Below the pieces are notes generated by a model that saw nothing but the letters and a program-made list of their open reading frames with translations, did not search any database and had not been told where the DNA came from. A program made the position numbers and the translations under genes. This document shows, piece by piece, positions 13,494-25,813 of a stretch of 64,000 nt of DNA. Origin of the DNA: Chiloscyllium plagiosum (Eukaryota); NCBI RefSeq assembly GCF_004010195.1, contig NC_057719.1, forward strand, positions 33,520,767 through 33,584,766. The letters run 5' to 3'. Within the stretch, counting starts at the first letter, position 1. Every line of letters starts with the position of its first letter.

Positions 13494-13959
13494 ACACACG
13501 ACTGTGTGAAAATTTGGTTCCTCAAGTCCCTTTTAAATGTTTCCCCTCTTATCTTAAATCTATGCCCTCAACCCTAGGGAAAAGAATTTTGTTATTCACC
13601 TTATCGATGCCCCTCATGATTTTATAAACTTCTCTAAGGTCAATCCCAATGCTAGAGGTCATCCAATAAAAATGGATAGAATATTGTATCCAAAATTGTC
13701 TGAGTAATTGGAAACAGAAACATTGAGTAAAAGTTAATTGATATTTTTTCAGGTTGGAGGAATTTCCCAGTGGTCATTATCCTGATATATACTAATGATA
13801 AAATCCTTGTTGTACATGGAACAACTTCAAAGTTTGTTGATGATACAATAATTCGACGTTTTGCAAACTATGAGGAGAACAGTGCAAAATGTCATAAGGA
13901 CATTGACATATTGGTGGGCTTGCAAATTGGTGACAGATGAGTTTCAGGCAGAGTTTCCT

Positions 13960-14125
13960 CTGACAGAAACAGAGTCAACATCTTGAGTCAAATAGCTCTT
14001 CTTAAAACTCAATTCAGTGTTCTGAAGAAGAGTCATTGCACTTGAAATGTTAACTCTCTTTCTCTCTCCACAGTTACTACCAGACCTGCTATGTTTCACC
14101 AGCACTTTCAGTTTTTAATTCTAAG
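13960..14125. mobile_element. Fold-back Penelope-like end (family 2)
   Basis: acagagtcaacatcttgagtc...ctcttcttaaaac is an imperfect inverted copy of gttctgaagaagagtc...cttgaaatgttaactct. Confidence 0.6.
14019..14054 (+). ncRNA. Minimal hammerhead ribozyme motif (PLE family 2)
   Basis: GUU-CUGAAGA-A-GAGU cauugc ACUU-GAAAU-GUU-AAC: conserved core, stem I GUU/AAC, 4-bp stem II; activity untested. Confidence 0.55.
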
Positions 14126-14224
14126 CTTTTGGTGTTATATTATTAACTATAAGGTGACTTCACAATTCACAGGAATAAACTAGGTAGAATCAGATGAATT
14201 CAATGTCAGGATTTGAGATAGAGG

Positions 14225-14685
14225 GGTTCTTTCTCTGATTAATTGATTTATTGTCACATGTGCCAAAGTACTGTGAAGAGCTCTGTTTACGAGCAGTACA
14301 GGCAGATCATAGTAAGCAAGGATGTACAGATCAAAAAGACTTAGACATAGAGTTACGTTGCACAGGGAGTGCATGAGGTGAGATCACCATTACCAAGATT
14401 AGCATTATTTGAGGCTAAAGAGTCCATTCATTAGTCAAGAAACAGCTGGGACAAAGCTCTTCCTGAACCTGCTGGTGCGTGTGTTCAGGTTTCTGTGTCT
14501 TCTGCCTGATGAAAGAGGTTGTAGGAGATCATTACCGGGATGCGATGGGTCTTTGGTGACTTTGATAGCAAGCCATGTAAATACTGTCCATGAATGGAAG
14601 GTGGGCTTCCATGATGGTCTGGGTTATGCACATAATCTTCTGTGGTTTCTTACAGTCCTGGGCAGAGCAGTCACCATACCAGGCT
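14225..14685 (-). mobile_element. Rex1/Babar-like LINE 3' fragment
   Basis: Minus translation AWYGDCSAQDCKKPQKIM; fragment shared with 16597-16945. Confidence 0.7.
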
Positions 14686-14719
14686 AGACCTGGATATCTT
14701 GCTGTCAATAGTGTATCTG

Positions 14720-15052
14720 TAGAATAGACAATAGATAATAGGTGCAGGAGTAGGCAATTCTGCCCTTCGAGCCTGCACCACCATTCAATATGATCATGGC
14801 TGATCATCCTTAATCAGTATCCTGTTCCTGCCCTATCTCCGTAACCCTTGATTCCACTATCCTTGAGAGCTCTATCCAACTCTTTCTTAAATGAATCCAG
14901 AGACTGGGCCTCCACTGCCCTCTGAGGCAGAGCATTCCACACAGCCACCACTCTCTGGGTGAAGAAGTTTCTCATCTCTGTCGTAAATGATCCACCCCGT
15001 ATTTATAAGCTGTGTCCTCTGGTTCAGCGCTCACCCATCAGCGGAAACATGT
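14720..15052 (-). mobile_element. CR1 LINE 3' end of another subfamily
   Basis: agaaacttcttcacccagagagtggtggctgtgtggaatgctctgcctcagagggcagtggaggcc = RNFFTQRVVAVWNALPQRAVEA on minus; short-repeat tail at 14720-14740. Confidence 0.88.
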
Positions 15053-15511
15053 TGGTGAGGGGGTGTTAAACTATACATTGCTTATGTTAGGGGAAATAAA
15101 TCTGATGTAATTTTATTGCTTATTGTAAGGTCTTCCAAACTGTGTTCTATTTAGAAAGGCTTGGTTTCCTTATTTTCCCTTTTGTGTAATGAACTTTTAT
15201 TGCAAAAGAAAATCTGCAGCCTTCTTTGTTTATGTTTCAGTGAATGACCACAATGTTAAAATGTTTTACAGAAAGATATATCAAGTCAGGTTTCATTCTG
15301 GATCTCACTTGTCCAGCACTAACATTAAATGCAATTGCAATTCCAGAGCATCTACAAATGTGGGATTTGAACCCAGATCTTGAGAACACTATTGGGATTA
15401 TCAGTCTAGCCACAATAGCACTATACCACAACCACCCCACTTTATATTTATTCCCAATTCCCTTTAACTGTCTTTGATCAACCTCTCACCACAACCAATA
15501 CCTTATCAAAA

Positions 15512-15636
15512 TCTGATGAAGGGTTTATGCCTGAAACATTAATTCTCTTGCTCCTCGGATGCTGCTTGACCTGCTGTGCTTTTCCAGCATCACTCTCTCA
15601 ATACTAATCTCCAGCATCTGCAGTCCTCACTTTCTT
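15512..15636 (+). mobile_element. Penelope-like terminal fragment (family 1)
   Basis: ctgatgaagggtttatgcctgaaacatt...cagcatctgcagtcctcactttct; starts at the hammerhead core. Confidence 0.85.
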
Positions 15637-16596
15637 CCAATCAAAATCTGTTCATTTCAACTGAGATTTTTAATTGACACAACTTGTCCAATTATTGGGA
15701 TAATTGCACTATTCCATTATTTTCATTTTAAAAAGTCCTTTGATTTTATTCTATGTTTTAAAATTAAGAATATGACCATTCATTTTAGATTTTCTCATGA
15801 GATAAAAAGAAGTTTTTCTGCATCTATTCCACTTATCTTAAAGCACCCAAATTTAATCACCTTTCAAACTATTCCATTCAAAGGCGTGAAGACTTCCACA
15901 GTTTCTTAGAACAGCTCGTGGCAGACTATATCAGAACAGGGTCTTTCAGTTAACTCGTTCACCTTATGTAACATAACGCACAAGAATACAAGTCGGGCCA
16001 TAGAGAGTTCTCGGAGAGAAAATGGATATTATTCAAGAATACGCTTACCTGAAGAATACTGGCATTTTACATTATTTCATGATTATGGGTCTTTATTTTG
16101 CATTTGTACAAGACTAAAAATTCCAATTCCTATCCATAACACACCTTGAGCTAAAAATATCAGTCAATGAAGTGTCCAATCCTGCGCCTTAAATTGTAAT
16201 GATCTCAGATCAATCATGTTATTTAAAAGTGTCACATATTGAGTTATATTGATTCTGCAGTAAGCAGCAAGGCCATTTGCCACATCCCAGTATTTATATT
16301 CCATACAAGATTCCTCTCACTCTTCATCACCTAATCCTAAAGCTGTAGTCTTGCATTCTTTTCTCTTTTGTGTGCAGATTAATCTTCCCCTTAAACATAT
16401 CTGGGCTATGTATTTCATGTACTCCTTTTGGAATGGGGTACCTCATGCTTGCTATTCCGTGTGTAAGGAAGTTTCTCCTAAGTCAATATCAGATTTAAGA
16501 ATAACAATAACAATATTGTAATAATAAGCTCTAGGTTTCAGCTTTCTACAAGTGGAAGCATATTCTCCATGCCTTTTCTATTAAAGACTTTAAGAA

Positions 16597-16945
16597 TCGA
16601 ATTGAATTTATTGTCACGTGTACCAAGGCCCAGTGAAAAGCTTTGTCTTATGGTCTTACGAGCAACACGGGCAGAATTAAGTAGCATAGATAAGTAAATA
16701 ATAGGTAAACAGTGGCAAAAACAAAAACACAGGTACAGGCAAATGCTAAAGGGTTGTGAGTCCATTCAGTATTCTAACAACAATAGGGAAAAACCATTTC
16801 AAAACTGGTTGGTGTGTTCAGGCTTCTGTGCCTTCTCCCCAATGGTAGAGTGTGTAGAAAAACATTGCTAGGTTGGGATGGATCTTTGAGAATGATGGCG
16901 GTCTTTCCTTGACAGCGGGCCTGGTAGATGGATTCTATAGATGGA
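16597..16945 (-). mobile_element. Rex1/Babar-like LINE 3' fragment
   Basis: Shares tttattgtcac, gtgttcagg.ttctgtg and gggatgg.tctttg blocks with 14225-14685. Confidence 0.7.
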
Positions 16946-18317
16946 AGACCCCATCAGTTCACAATTGGAGAAAATGGCTTTAGCCTGTTGAGTCTTTCCA
17001 GATCAAGTTCACTCATCCTCCAAATGATTTTCTTTTGCCTCTTTTCCAATTGGTTGTAACCTTCCACATCTATACCATTTTGATATCATTCTGAGTATGT
17101 ATACAACCGTTTCTGATAAAGGAAATGAAGTCTCTCCAAGTCTCTTTATGGCCTTAAAATGCCAATGAACGAAGCTGCCACAGAGGTATTGATGTAACAT
17201 CAAGGCTCAGCTGAGAGACAAGTTTAAAGGAGTCTGCCTCATTTTTTTCTGTTTCCCTCAAAGTCTGGACATAGCAATGAATGAGAACATCTGTCAATTA
17301 CTGAGACATCATTATGACAAATGTCAGATTAATTAACAGGTCTTCTCCAATAGGATCCAGTATTCAACAGAGTCCCAATCATTAGATTTGTTTTCAAATC
17401 TTACTTTTATTTTTAAAAAGTAACTTTAAAAAAAGATTGGAATAATCTTATTTGGAAGATAGTTGGCAGTTCGTTTTCTTTTTAAGTAGGTATCGTTGTG
17501 CTGTAATTGAGAGCATGAAGTATGCTTGGATGTGTTTCATGTAATCGGTTCAGCTCATTTTCTCAATGAATGAATAGGGTAACCTTAATCAGTTTCCGAT
17601 CTGCAGGTATCTTTGTATTTAGAGTGGATAGGGGAAAAAAAGCAATGACAGAGGGATGAAAGAAATGGTTGCATAAATGGGGTTAATAGAAGAGATTACT
17701 GACAATAATTTCTCCTTGTTATGCATGAAAGACTTGTTGGTTGAGAACCCTGATTCACATTTTCGCTAATGAGCAGCTACCGCAGCTCTGTGGTGAAAAT
17801 GCTATTCCTGCACTCTCCTGCATTCTTGTGAGGCATGATACTTCAGTATTGCTGAAAAAAGAACATCCATTTTATTGGCACTTTTCATCTTGCCCTCAAA
17901 GCAAAAGAAAAAAAATCAGGTTGTATGAGAGGAAGGCGCTGTTTGGTTGGGAAGTGAACTTTGATTGGTAGGGGCACTGCGAAGGAGAAAGACTTGGTTA
18001 ACGATGACCATGCTTCTTACACGGTCTAAATATGGTTTTCCTTTTATTTTAGTGCTTCTTGCAAATTGTCCACATCAAAATGAGACAAAAATCTTCGATA
18101 AAGTGTGTCTTTTTCAGTAATACTCCAGTTCTATACTACCGAAGGACGAGAATATACTTCTTTATTTGACTGGGAAGGACAAAGAGGCTGAATCAAACCT
18201 ACCATTGAACCCACCATCCTGTTTTTAGTAATGCTTTTAGTAGGAAATTATGCATTCATTTGAACATGGAGATTGCTGGCAGGGAGTGAAAAATACTAAT
18301 TTGCTACCTGAGCAGGG

Positions 18318-18443
18318 AGGAGAAAGTGAGGGCTGCAGATGCTGGAGATCAGAGTAGAGAGTGTGGTGCTGGAAAAGTACAGCAGGTCAGGCAGCATCCG
18401 AGGAACAGGAGAAATAACATTTCGGGCATAAGCCCTTCATCAG
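18318..18443 (-). mobile_element. Penelope-like terminal fragment (family 1)
   Basis: Matches 53652-53776 and 22230-22356; ends exactly at the CUGAUGA core; flanked by acctgagcaggg (18306) / acctgatcaggg (18454). Confidence 0.88.
18416..18443 (-). ncRNA. Minimal hammerhead ribozyme motif (PLE family 1)
   Basis: Minus strand CUGAUGA-A-GGGC uuau GCCC-GAAAU-GUU; the stem I 5' arm is lost by truncation. Confidence 0.5.
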
Positions 18444-18481
18444 CAAATCCTTCACCTGATCAGGGTTACAACTCATTCAAC

Positions 18482-18718
18482 GAAAACAAAGAACTGCAGA
18501 AGCTGGCAATCTGAAACAAACAAAACCCAATCCAAACTCCCTGAAGGTACTCAGCAGGTCTGGTAGCATCTGTGGAGAGAGAAAACCACAGTTAAACATT
18601 TTGAGTCTCGTGACCCTTCTTCTGAGGGCATCACTGGACTGGAAACAGTTAACTCTGTTTTCTCTCCATAGATTCTGCGAGACTCGTTAAGTTTCTCTAG
18701 CTGTTTTTGTTTGTTTTC
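18482..18718. mobile_element. Fold-back Penelope-like end (family 2)
   Basis: cagcatctgtggagagagaaaaccacagttaaac is inverted relative to gttaactctgttttctctccatagattctg; centre near 18622 at gacccttcttct|gaggg. Confidence 0.75.
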
Positions 18719-19431
18719 AAGCTCATTTATTTGATCATATGAAAAGAGCAGTGAAGAAAAGTAACCTACATAAGACTTGATTATAGAGTGTTTGATACTG
18801 TCCTGGAAAAATGAATAATCATTCCTCCCTCCACTCCTTAAGAGGCCACCAGATTACAATTACTGGCAGAGAATATATAAATACTGAACTAAAAAGGTTT
18901 ACAATTATGCTATTTTCCAACTTTGGTCAGTTGTCATCAACATATCTTTTATAACTGATAGAAAAGAAAGAGACATTCACTGTGCCTAGATTGCCATTTA
19001 TGTTTTATGATTCAGCTCGAACTGGATATCTGTCACAATGGATTCATGAACCTCTCTACTATGATTTTCACATTACAAAATGAAATCTTTATTGTACAAT
19101 GATCATTTTAGAAAGTATAATGAAACATTGATTATTGCAATGTTCCAGGATACTATTATTCCTGTAATTTCAAACAGGACATGGGATTTAAATAGTAAGT
19201 AGTGAAATGGTGTACTGACGTGATGCATTGGTTAATGTGTGTATGTGGTGAGACAGAATGTTAATGATGTAGCTGGGGCAATCTGAATATAAAGAACAGT
19301 AGCAGGCAGGGAATGAGAGCAGAGTTACAAAGTGGATAGGGAATATGTAGTAATAAAGAAGAATGATGTGTTGAATGTGAGAACAATGATCATTACAATA
19401 AAGAAGAACTTTAGAATTTATTGCTATTAAG

Positions 19432-19722
19432 AATCAGAATCCTTACAGTGCAGAAGCAGCCATTCAGCCTATCAAGTCCATACCGACCCTTCAAAGAGCA
19501 TCACACCTCTCTATCCTATCTCTTTAACCCCACATTTCCCATGGCTAATCCACCTGGCATGTGCATCCCTGGACAATTTAGCATGGCCGATCCACCTATT
19601 TGGATATTTGGACTGTGGGAAGAAACCAGAGCACCCGCAGGAAACTCGCAGAGAGAGTGGGAGAACATGCAAGCTCCACACAAATAGTCACCTGCGCATG
19701 GAATCAAGCCTTGGTCCCTGTG
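19432..19722 (-). mobile_element. HE1-like tRNA-derived SINE, degenerate
   Basis: caatttagcatggcc, ttggactgtggga, gagaacatgcaagctccacaca blocks shared with 47865-48191. Confidence 0.85.
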
Positions 19723-21917
19723 AGGGAACATAATTCAAGCATTGAAAGACTTTAATGGCAGTCCATTATCGATGAGGATGAATAGTCAACTGAGCCATTG
19801 GAGGATCAGATAAAATAAAGATACAGAGCAAGAAATAGACAAGATTTGACGAAAAGCTGGACACATTCCTTCCAAGTCCAATGCATTGAAATAGATGGAA
19901 ATAGAATCTAGATTATGGGAATTGATATTTGAAATAGAGAAGAATGGTAAGGCTAAATTAGCTCCAAATGAGAGTTGAAAGCTATAAACAATATCACATA
20001 TACACTCAGATTCATCTACTTCTCTGCCCACTTTAGAGTAGCAGCTATTATTTTATATTGACTTTTCAAGTTCTTCATATTTTTTTCTATGATCTCAGAT
20101 ATTCTGCATCCTAAACTTTCATCCACACCTATCTGACACAAACTTGTTCACATCCACTTTGGAGTTCTACACTCTTACCTCACAGTTTCCAATGTTTCTA
20201 AGTTTCATATCATCCAAATGTTCTGAAATGGTATCCTCCACACCAAAATGGTAAACCAGTGAGGGCACATTGGCAGCTAGAGAGTGTCCCTTGATCGTTA
20301 CTAATGTGTGCATGATGTAGGGCATAGACCTAGGGTGGTGGAGTGACCACTGAGAGCCAACCCCTGCACTTGCTTCTGATCCTCCACATCCCTCATCTCA
20401 GGTATTGTGCCCCACCACCTTCAAAAGCAATTAATTAAGACCATGCGATCTTGGTCATCCATCTGGTAGCACTCACTGCGTTGTCTGTGGAGGTGCTGAG
20501 TGCAAGATCTGCTGCCCAGTAGCCCTGTCTGGGTGGGATCTCTACCCCTGGAAACATGAACTCAGAGGAAAGCGTAATGTAGTCTTACAATCTGCTTGAT
20601 TGGAAGAAGGTAGAGCAGACCATGCTCTAAGAGTCAACTCAGTTTCTTTCTTGAACAGGCAAGTGAGGAACCTGATGAAAATGGAAGATGCTACCTTGAG
20701 CATAGGTGGAAATGGAGGCAAGTAGATAATTTTGTGCTGCTACCTGACATGCCCATTTTCCACACATTATCCCAGCCCTAATCTATGTTCCTGAAGGATG
20801 GATCAGTGGCAGAATGGCAAGCAACAGGTAGCTTAAGATCATTAAGAGGTCTATTAAGCCATTTAGGGGTCAACTGGAATTTTACAGTTTACTGTGCCAC
20901 CCCTACAACCAACCTGCCATACTGTCATACCACAGGTATATGGAAGCCACCTCTCAGTTGGGGAGACCTCGAGGCCCCCCTCCCCACTTGTCTGAACACA
21001 GTTGTGCCTGCACTACAATGGCAGGCTGGCAACTGTGGTCACTTTTGACTTCAAATATTTAAGTTCGGAGAGAGCACAAGCTAGAGATGCCTGCTGTTTA
21101 TGTTGCAGCTCCTTTCATGTTGGAGAGCTTCCATTGGCCAGGGGCCCATCTACCATCCTTCATCAGTCAGCAATGGCATTCTCTGGCCACTAATAAATCA
21201 GTTAATCCAAGCAAAATGGACATTCAGTTTGACTATTCCCAATATAATTTGGGGCTGATTCCAGCATTTGACAGAGTCAACAGGGTCCCAACCCAAAGCA
21301 CAAAATTCCACAATTTGTTTTGAAAAGGCTTTATATTTAGAGCCAAAAGTGTACCGCTCATTATTTTGAAAATGTAACACAAATGACAATTGTTAAACAT
21401 CTTAAAAAAAAATGTTAACAATATCACTTATACAATGCTGAAAGATTTAAATACCTTCAACAAGTGTGTCAGCCTTGTGAATGCCAAGGGGTGATAAAAT
21501 CTGGAAAGCATTTATCCATTTAACTAAATCAGCATTGAGCAGCAAAAGTGACCTCTTGTTCTTTAAACTCTCAGAGGAATCAAGCAGTAATGCAATAACT
21601 ACTGCCCTGATGGAAGATGGCAGAAAAGGGCTAAAATATATTGCCTTTTAGCGCAACACATAATGGGTTTGATTTTCAATTGCCAAAGGGGTCAGGGCCT
21701 GATACGAGCAGGCAGTGAAACTAATGGTACTGGAGGTTGTTTTGAGATATTGACCCTTGCAGGACTGTTCCAGATTTTCAAAAGGAAGTCAATGGGAGAA
21801 AGTGAGGAACATGGATAATGCCAATTAATGGCCTTTAAATGCCTTATAGGGAGCTTGTTTAGGAGTTGTCGCAGACTAGAATGGAATTTTCTAATGTTTT
21901 TCAAATGAGCACAATCA

Positions 21918-22215
21918 CGGGTGCCACAGTGGTTAGCACTGCAGCCTCACAGTGCCAGAGACCTGTGTTCAATTCCTGCCTCAGGCAACCCTCTGTGTGG
22001 AGTTTGCATATTCACCCCATATCTGCGTGGGTTCCCTCCACATGCTCTCGTTTCCTCCCACAATCCAAAAATGTGCAGGTTAGGTGAATTGGCCATGCGA
22101 AATTGCCTGTAGTGTTAGGTGAAGGGGTAAATGTAGGGGAATGGGTCTGGGTGGGTTGCGGGTCGGTGTGCGCTTGTTGGGCCGAAGGGCCTGTTTCCAC
22201 ACTGTTATCAAATCT
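21918..22215 (+). mobile_element. HE1-like tRNA-derived SINE
   Basis: A-box-like gccacagtggttagc and B-box-like gttcaattcc head; CR1-like tail ttgttgggccgaagggcctgtttccacactgt. Confidence 0.93.
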
Positions 22216-23187
22216 ATTCTAATCACTCTTGAGAAAATGAGAACTGCTGATGCTGGAGATCAGAGTCGAAAAGTGTGACGCTGGAATAGCACAGCCAGTC
22301 AGGCAGCATCTGAGGAGCAGGAGAGTCGACGTTTTGGGCATAAGCCCTTCATCAGGAATGTGGGGAGTGGGGAAGGGGCTGAGAAGTAGATAGGAGGGTG
22401 GGGTGGAGCGAAAGTATCTGGAAAGGCGATAGATGCAGGTAGGGGGTGATAGTGATAAGTTAGAGCAGAGGGTGGAGCAGATAGGTGGGATGGAAAATAG
22501 ACAGGTCGGACAATTCAAGAGGGTGGTGTCAAGTTGGAGAGTAGGATCTGGGATAGGGAGATAAAGAAACTGGTGAAGTCAATGTTGATGTCATGTGGTT
22601 AGAGGGTCCCAAGGTGGAAGATGAGGCATTCTTCCACCAGATGTCAGGTGGCTAGGATTTGGCGGTGGAGGCGGCCCAGGACTTGCATGTCCTTGGCAGA
22701 GTGGGAGTGGGAGTTAAGTGGTTGACCACAGGGCGGAGAGGTTGTTTGTTTGATAGATATCCCCTGAAACATTCCATGAGTTGGTGTCATGTTTCCCCGT
22801 GTACAGGTGCCTACATCAAGAGCAACAGACACAGTAGGTGAGGTGTTTAGATATGCAGGAAGAGCTCTGCTGGATGTGAAAGGATACTTTGGGGCCTTGG
22901 ACGGAGAGGAGGGGCGTGGTGGGGGCACAGCTTTTACACCTTCTGCAGCAGCAAGCCATCATTTCTGCCACCTCCAGTGGGATACCAACACCAGACACAT
23001 AATTCCCTCCCCTCCCTTGTCAGCCTTTCACAGGGACTGTTCCCTCTGGGACAGCCTTGTCCACTCCTCCTTCACTCTCAATATCTCCCAACTTCCCACA
23101 GTACCTACACATGCAATGGGAAAAAGGTACAACTGCTGCTCATTTACTTTCTCCCTCCTCACTATCCAGGACCCCACACATTTTTCA

Positions 23188-24285
23188 GATGGGATTCGGG
23201 ATGAGTTTGCCAATTGGATAAATAATTGATTTAACGGCAAAAGATCGACACTCAGTGAAGAGTTTCTTTTCAGACTGGAGACTTGTCTTCAGTGGCATTC
23301 TACAAGGACCAATTCTGGATCCTCTGCTGTATGTCATTTATGTCAATGATTTGGATGAGAAAGTCAATGACATAGTTAGCAAGTTTGCAGAGAACATCAA
23401 AATTGGTGGCAGAGTGGACAGTGAAAGTGGTTCTCTAAGATTACAAAGGGATTTGATCAAATGGTCAATGGGCTGAAAAATGGCAGATAATGTTCAATTG
23501 AGATAACTGCGATGTATTGTGCTTTGGTACAACAAACAAGGGTAGAGTTTATACAATTAATGGTAGGGCCTTGGGTAGTATTGGAGAACAGTGGGACCTA
23601 AGGGTTCAGACAGATCATTCTTTAAAGTTTGCATCACAGACAGGATGGTTAAAAATGCATTTGGGATGCTTGCCTTCATTGCTCAGTCCTTTGAGTATAG
23701 GAATTGGAAAGTCATGTTGAAGTTGTACAGGACATTGATGAAGTCTCTCCTGAAATATTGTGTCCAGTTCTGGTCACCCAGTTTTTGGAAGGGTATTATT
23801 AGCTGGAGAAGGTTCAGAAGAGATTTACCAGGATGTTGCTGGGAGTGGAAGGTTTGTGTTGTACAGAAAGGATGGATAGGCTGAGACTTTTTCACCAAAG
23901 CTTAGGAGGTTGAGAGGTGAACTTACAGAAGTTTGTAAAATAATGTGGGGTGTAAATGGAGTTAATGTAGTTGTTCTTTCCCTAGATTGGCGAATTTCAA
24001 GAATGGGATCACATTTTTAAGGAGAGAGGAGAGAGATTTAAAATAAGACATGGGGGCAAATGTTTTACACAGAGGGTGGTTCATGTGTAGAATGAACTTC
24101 CTGAGGAAGTGATGGATGTGGGTACAATAATAATGTTTAAAAGCCATTTAAATAAATACATAAATAAGAAAGGTTTGGAGGGATATGGACCAGGAGCAGG
24201 CAGTGGGATTACTTCATTTTGGGATTATTTTTGTCATGGACTGGTTGGACTGAAGGGTCTGTTTCTGTGCAGTATGACTCGATGA
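23188..24285 (+). mobile_element. CR1 LINE 3' portion inserted in a PLE
   Basis: SGILQGPILDPLLYVIYVNDLD..KFAEN and KYCVQFWSP translations; tail gaagggtctgtttctgtgcagtatgactc. Confidence 0.92.
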
Positions 24286-24879
24286 TTCAATGAAGCAGCA
24301 ATTTACCTGCTGTTCGCTCAATCTAGTCTACTGTGTTCACTGCTCACAATGAAATACAGACTGGGCGACTGCTTTGCGAAACACCTACATCCTGTCTGCA
24401 AAAATGATCCTGAGCTTCTGATTGCCTGCCATTTCCACATACCACTGAGCCCTTGCCAACACTTCTGTCTCGGGCTTGCTGTAGTGCTCCAGTAAGCTCA
24501 ACGCAAGCTGGAAGAACACCACATCTTCCATTTGGGGAGCCTGCAACCTTCAGGACTCAATACGGAGTTCAATAGCTTTATGCCCCCGAGCATTTTCTCT
24601 CAGGTTCTTACCAGAACCCCCACCGACCAGGCCTTGACAACAACTGGGCTGTTACCACAAACGACCCATTGTCAGCCATGAACAGCCCCCATTTGCATCT
24701 CCCAGTCTGACCTTTACCCATTCCTTTGTCTGCCCTACTGTTTTCTTTTCTCTTCTCACCCATAGAGATGGGAGCTCTCTCTCTACCCATCATTAACTCT
24801 TCCCCCTCCTTGAGCAGTTACCAATCAATTTTGAACTACTATCAGTTCTGATGAAGAATCACTGGATCCGAAACATAAA

Positions 24880-25184
24880 GATTAGATTCCTTTACAGTGT
24901 GTAAACAGGCCCTTCGGCCCAACAAGTCCACACCGACCCTCTGAAAAGTAACCCACCCAGATCCATTTCCCTCTTACTAATACACCCAACACTATGGACA
25001 GCTTAGCATGGCCAATTCACCTGACCTGCACATCTTTGGACCATGGGAGGAAACCGGAGCACCAGGAGGAAACCCACACAGACACAGGGAGAATGTGCAA
25101 ACTCCACACGGACAGTCACCCGAGACTGGAACCAAACCTGGGTCCTTGGCGCTGTGAGGTAGCAGTGCTAACCACTGAGCCACC
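24880..25184 (-). mobile_element. HE1-like SINE inserted in a PLE end
   Basis: Full head and tail similar to 47865-48191; PLE sequence resumes at ~25185. Confidence 0.93.
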
Positions 25185-25749
25185 AAACCATTAATCCAAC
25201 TTTCTGTACACAGATGCTGCCTGATCTGAACTTTTCCAGCAACTTCTGATTTAGAACAACATTGAGGCTGGAACTCTGCCAATATATCTGTATTTCTCAC
25301 ATTGAATTGCCCATTGGTGGTGGTTTCAATCTCAGTGACAGAGTTGATGGCTGCAAGCAGAATTCCTTTTTTGGTCAACGACACTGTTTTTAAGCATTTT
25401 TAGGATTTATTCATCATGATTTTCATCAACATCGATACATTTTTCAGAGAGTTAAAAAAAGTTCAAGATGATGCCTCATGTTACACCATAACTTTCAGAC
25501 TCTGTTACCTTGGTGCACACCATATCATTGGAATTTCAATCAGAAATTATTTGCCACTGTCAAAGTTTTGACTCACAAATTTCATCCAAACATCACACTA
25601 ATGAAATTCAGGTATTGCCACCAAATTTCATTTCAAACATCAGTAATGATGCTAACCAGCAAAGTTATGTATTGCAGTCGGTTCAAGTTAACCAAACTGC
25701 TGAACTTATTCTAACTAAAGTTGCTTTTAATATTGGTACATAAACATAC

Positions 25750-25813
25750 TTGTCCTTGCTGTTGTAATTCTGTTCCAAAATAGCAGTTCCTTTTAATTCA
25801 AGATGATTCAAGG
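25750..25813 (-). CDS. Candidate short exon (64 nt), unrecognised product
   Basis: atatttttatgttgcag| ... gacaa|gtatgt; only open frame LNHLELKGTAILEQNYNSKD. Confidence 0.2.

Larger units (their letters stand above)
12955..13645 (-). mobile_element. CR1 LINE 3' end, itself interrupted at ~13163-13493
   Basis: Tail gagtcattgagtcatatagcacggaaacaggcccttcagtccaactcgtc; WNELPEDMVNA translation; sequence resumes at ~13494. Confidence 0.88.
11270..13945 (+). mobile_element. Decayed CR1 ORF2 fragments (EN to RT), interrupted by nested insertions at 12955-13645
   Basis: KAPGPD (~12512), AVDVVYMDF (~12888) and KFVDDT (~13829) remnants in order on the + strand. Confidence 0.8.
22230..25252. mobile_element. 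Composite Penelope-like locus: minus arm 22230-22945, plus arm 22955-25252 interrupted by a CR1 and a SINE
   Basis: GIY-YIG-region remnants on both arms (HSHSAKDMQVLG on minus; FTCCSLNLVYCVHCSQ at ~24302 on plus); the two arms end in different PLE terminal families. Confidence 0.8.

Noticed and set aside
16049..16113. Minus-strand exon-like segment with strong cag|gtaagc donor
   Set aside because: All three frames closed; no evidence of transcription
20240..21215. Higher-GC stretch that may be an old non-autonomous DNA transposon
   Set aside because: No clear terminal repeats or coding motifs identified by eye
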